Shown piece by piece: positions 61,873 through 64,000 of a DNA stretch of 64,000 nt. Origin of the DNA: Fistulifera solaris. Its lineage: Eukaryota. The notes below the pieces were generated by a model. The model had not been told where the DNA came from, ran no database searches, and saw nothing but the letters and a program-made list of their open reading frames with translations. Made by a program: the position numbers and the translations under genes. Position 1 is the stretch's first letter; every line of letters begins with the position of its first letter. The stretch is taken from contig AP026125.1 in NCBI GenBank assembly GCA_030295235.1, positions 2,170,001 to 2,234,000 on the forward strand, in the 5' to 3' direction.

Positions 61873-64000
61873 TTCGTATCGCGCGTTGTATTATTGCGTC
61901 AAGACAAGCTAGAAAACGATTTCGTTGCTTCGTTATTCGGAGTTAACTACGATAATGAGCTCCTCAACCCGCTTGTTTTGTTGACTCGTTTCAAATATTT
62001 CTCTTCCGTCGGACACCCAAGACATCCTTGGCACCAGCAGAGGTGGAGACTGCCGTGTCTTCGAGCAAAATACAATGACCACTATAGGATCAGAAGTAGC
62101 TGATCGTCACTTGCCACGCGCATGACAGGATATCCGGCCTCTTACCACAACAATGAAGAGCCTGTGTTCTTTACTGATGATGCGAATGACCGGCTTCTTT
62201 ATGTATTACTCAATGCCCAATACAAAGTACATTATTCTACTTCAAGAATAGCAACTCGTGCTTTATGCTTTATCCGTCCCTTCTTCCTTCCTCCCCGAAA
62301 TCCAGTCATCGGATGTTCCAGGAACCGAAAGTCCGAGAAACGGTATTGATAATACTGAAGTACATAGGGACGAGATCCCTACTGAAATGCCTCGTCTATT
62401 TTTTCGATGTTTCTTGCTTAGCGTCGTAATTCTACAATGTATCTGTGAATAAACATGACCTCCACCACGATACATTATTTTACTATACTTGTAAGAACAT
62501 TAGCAAGAAAAATGTACATCCGGAAAATAGGCGTTAGGCGTGGCTTGCGCTTGCCTAACTCCCAACGCGCGCTGCGTTTTAATTTTTTTTAATGGAAGGA
62601 CGAAGGACTTAACCAGGTACCAGGTACATACTACGTAGTACGTAGTCTATTGACATCCGGTTGTCGGAGTTTTTTTAGTCGGTTCAATCTAAAGAATTCT
62701 TTAGGTTCAATTGCCTTTATTTTTTCTCGATTTGTCGTCTATTGTCTATTGCCTAACAGCAATAAGAGACGGTTATATCTAGTTATACATCATACCTCAT
62801 ACTCTACCTCCTCTCTCTCTCTCCTCTCAGCGAGCAAAGAGCAGAGAGCAGAGAGCAGAGAGACATCCTAAATGCGAAATCGGATGCAAGATACAAAAAA
62901 TTACGGAGTATAATGCAACATGCAACATGCAAGATGCAAGTAATTCTTACGTACTTGCCCAGTTTATTTTGTAGGAGTAACATGTAACATGTAACGTAGA
63001 CCTGTCTAGCTAGTTGAAAGTTGAAATTGAATTAACCGGTCGATACAAGACAAGTGCCCTTGTTTTTCTACCGGTATCTTTTTATGTACCATGGCTGAGC
63101 GAATCTTCGAAAGCCCATTGCCCGAAAAAAATGAAGAAATAGCCCTCTCATTCATCTAAACTCTTAACTCATGTAGCCCTTGCTCCTTCCTCACACGACT
63201 CATGATTGAAACTCAGTCGTGGTGTCGTTCAACCTTTACACACACTCGCACGAGGGGCATGGGGTTAAAGACAACGACCCGCAGGCTTTTATCTAGAATG
63301 GTTCTGAGATGTAAACGCATGAGTAAAATGGGATGGATTTTGTTTTTGAGTTAATTCGCGTCCGCGACGCGTCTGGCCTCGTCCGTCAACTTTTCGGGGT
63401 AGATACGAAAGGACGATTGATGATCGATGATCGAGGACCATGAGAAGATTATGAAGACGCTCTCATTATTTTTCTTTATAGAGCGTTTTTCGTGATTATT
63501 GATTGTTTAAAATTAAGTGACGACGGAGTAGGATGAATTCGACTAGTATTGCTCCATCTTCATCACCGTCAACAGTTCAAAAACAAGCTGCCGCTTTGGG
63601 TGCTCTCGTACATCGCTCAGCGTGGGCGACATCGAATCCAAATCCTTTGACTCGCTTAGCTCTACACAATGTACGCTCCGCTTTCGGAGAATGTGTCGAA
63701 GTCGTTGCTGATATATTGCAAGCGAAAGGCGGACGCACGTTGCGGCAATTACTTCTTTTGTTAAAACCGGAAATGGATGCTTCGACAGTACGGGCGGCGC
63801 TACTCGTCTTGATGCAACACAGTTTAGTGTCGTTTCAACCGTCGACCAATATCTATAACTTTCATTTAGAGGCGGCTTTACGTATTCTGCGGTGGCCGCG
63901 CTACTTGGAATGCACCAAAAAGTTCGTGGATGAAACTGCGGCTTGGGTTTTAGAGTCTTTAATGTTGCAAGGACGATGGAGGACCGTCGATCTTCTCACA

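Noticed and set aside
62100..64000. Long gene-free stretch with short stutters (agagcag, atgcaac, taacatg)
   Set aside because: Only 2-4 copy microrepeats and no convincing ORF or RNA; probably the upstream region of HSF or of a gene outside the window

Overview
Gene-dense eukaryotic nuclear DNA from a diatom, most likely a raphid pennate and Fistulifera-like. Support: short GT-AG introns, bipartite ASAF/AMAF-type plastid presequences, RXL-type secretory propeptides, and an HSF gene. About 27 protein-coding loci are visible, including a TauD dioxygenase, two thylakoid lumen proteins, adenosine deaminase, an ABCB half-transporter, a TTC38-like protein, APC2, inverted ankyrin paralogs, a double YqgE/AlgH protein, a multi-KH protein, Tad3, PNO1, two PhoX-like phosphatases, enoyl-CoA isomerase, DUF3119, plastid ACP and HSF. 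Many genes carry single-base indels in homopolymer runs, most likely assembly errors. Highlights: (1) a secreted polyprotein of 16 Ser-rich peptides separated by RRNL, the silaffin processing motif, a candidate new silacidin/silaffin-like biosilica precursor; (2) a secreted GDPH/VWD protein with nine C-C-CC-C-C modules; (3) a Lys/Gly/His-rich secreted beta-propeller protein; (4) a structured C/D-box RNA in the PNO1 intron; (5) a 428-429 bp tandem array with dispersed copies; (6) a 420 bp MITE with 13-bp TIRs and an 8-bp TSD; (7) a palindrome array between the inverted ankyrin genes. All calls come from reading the sequence; no database searches were run.
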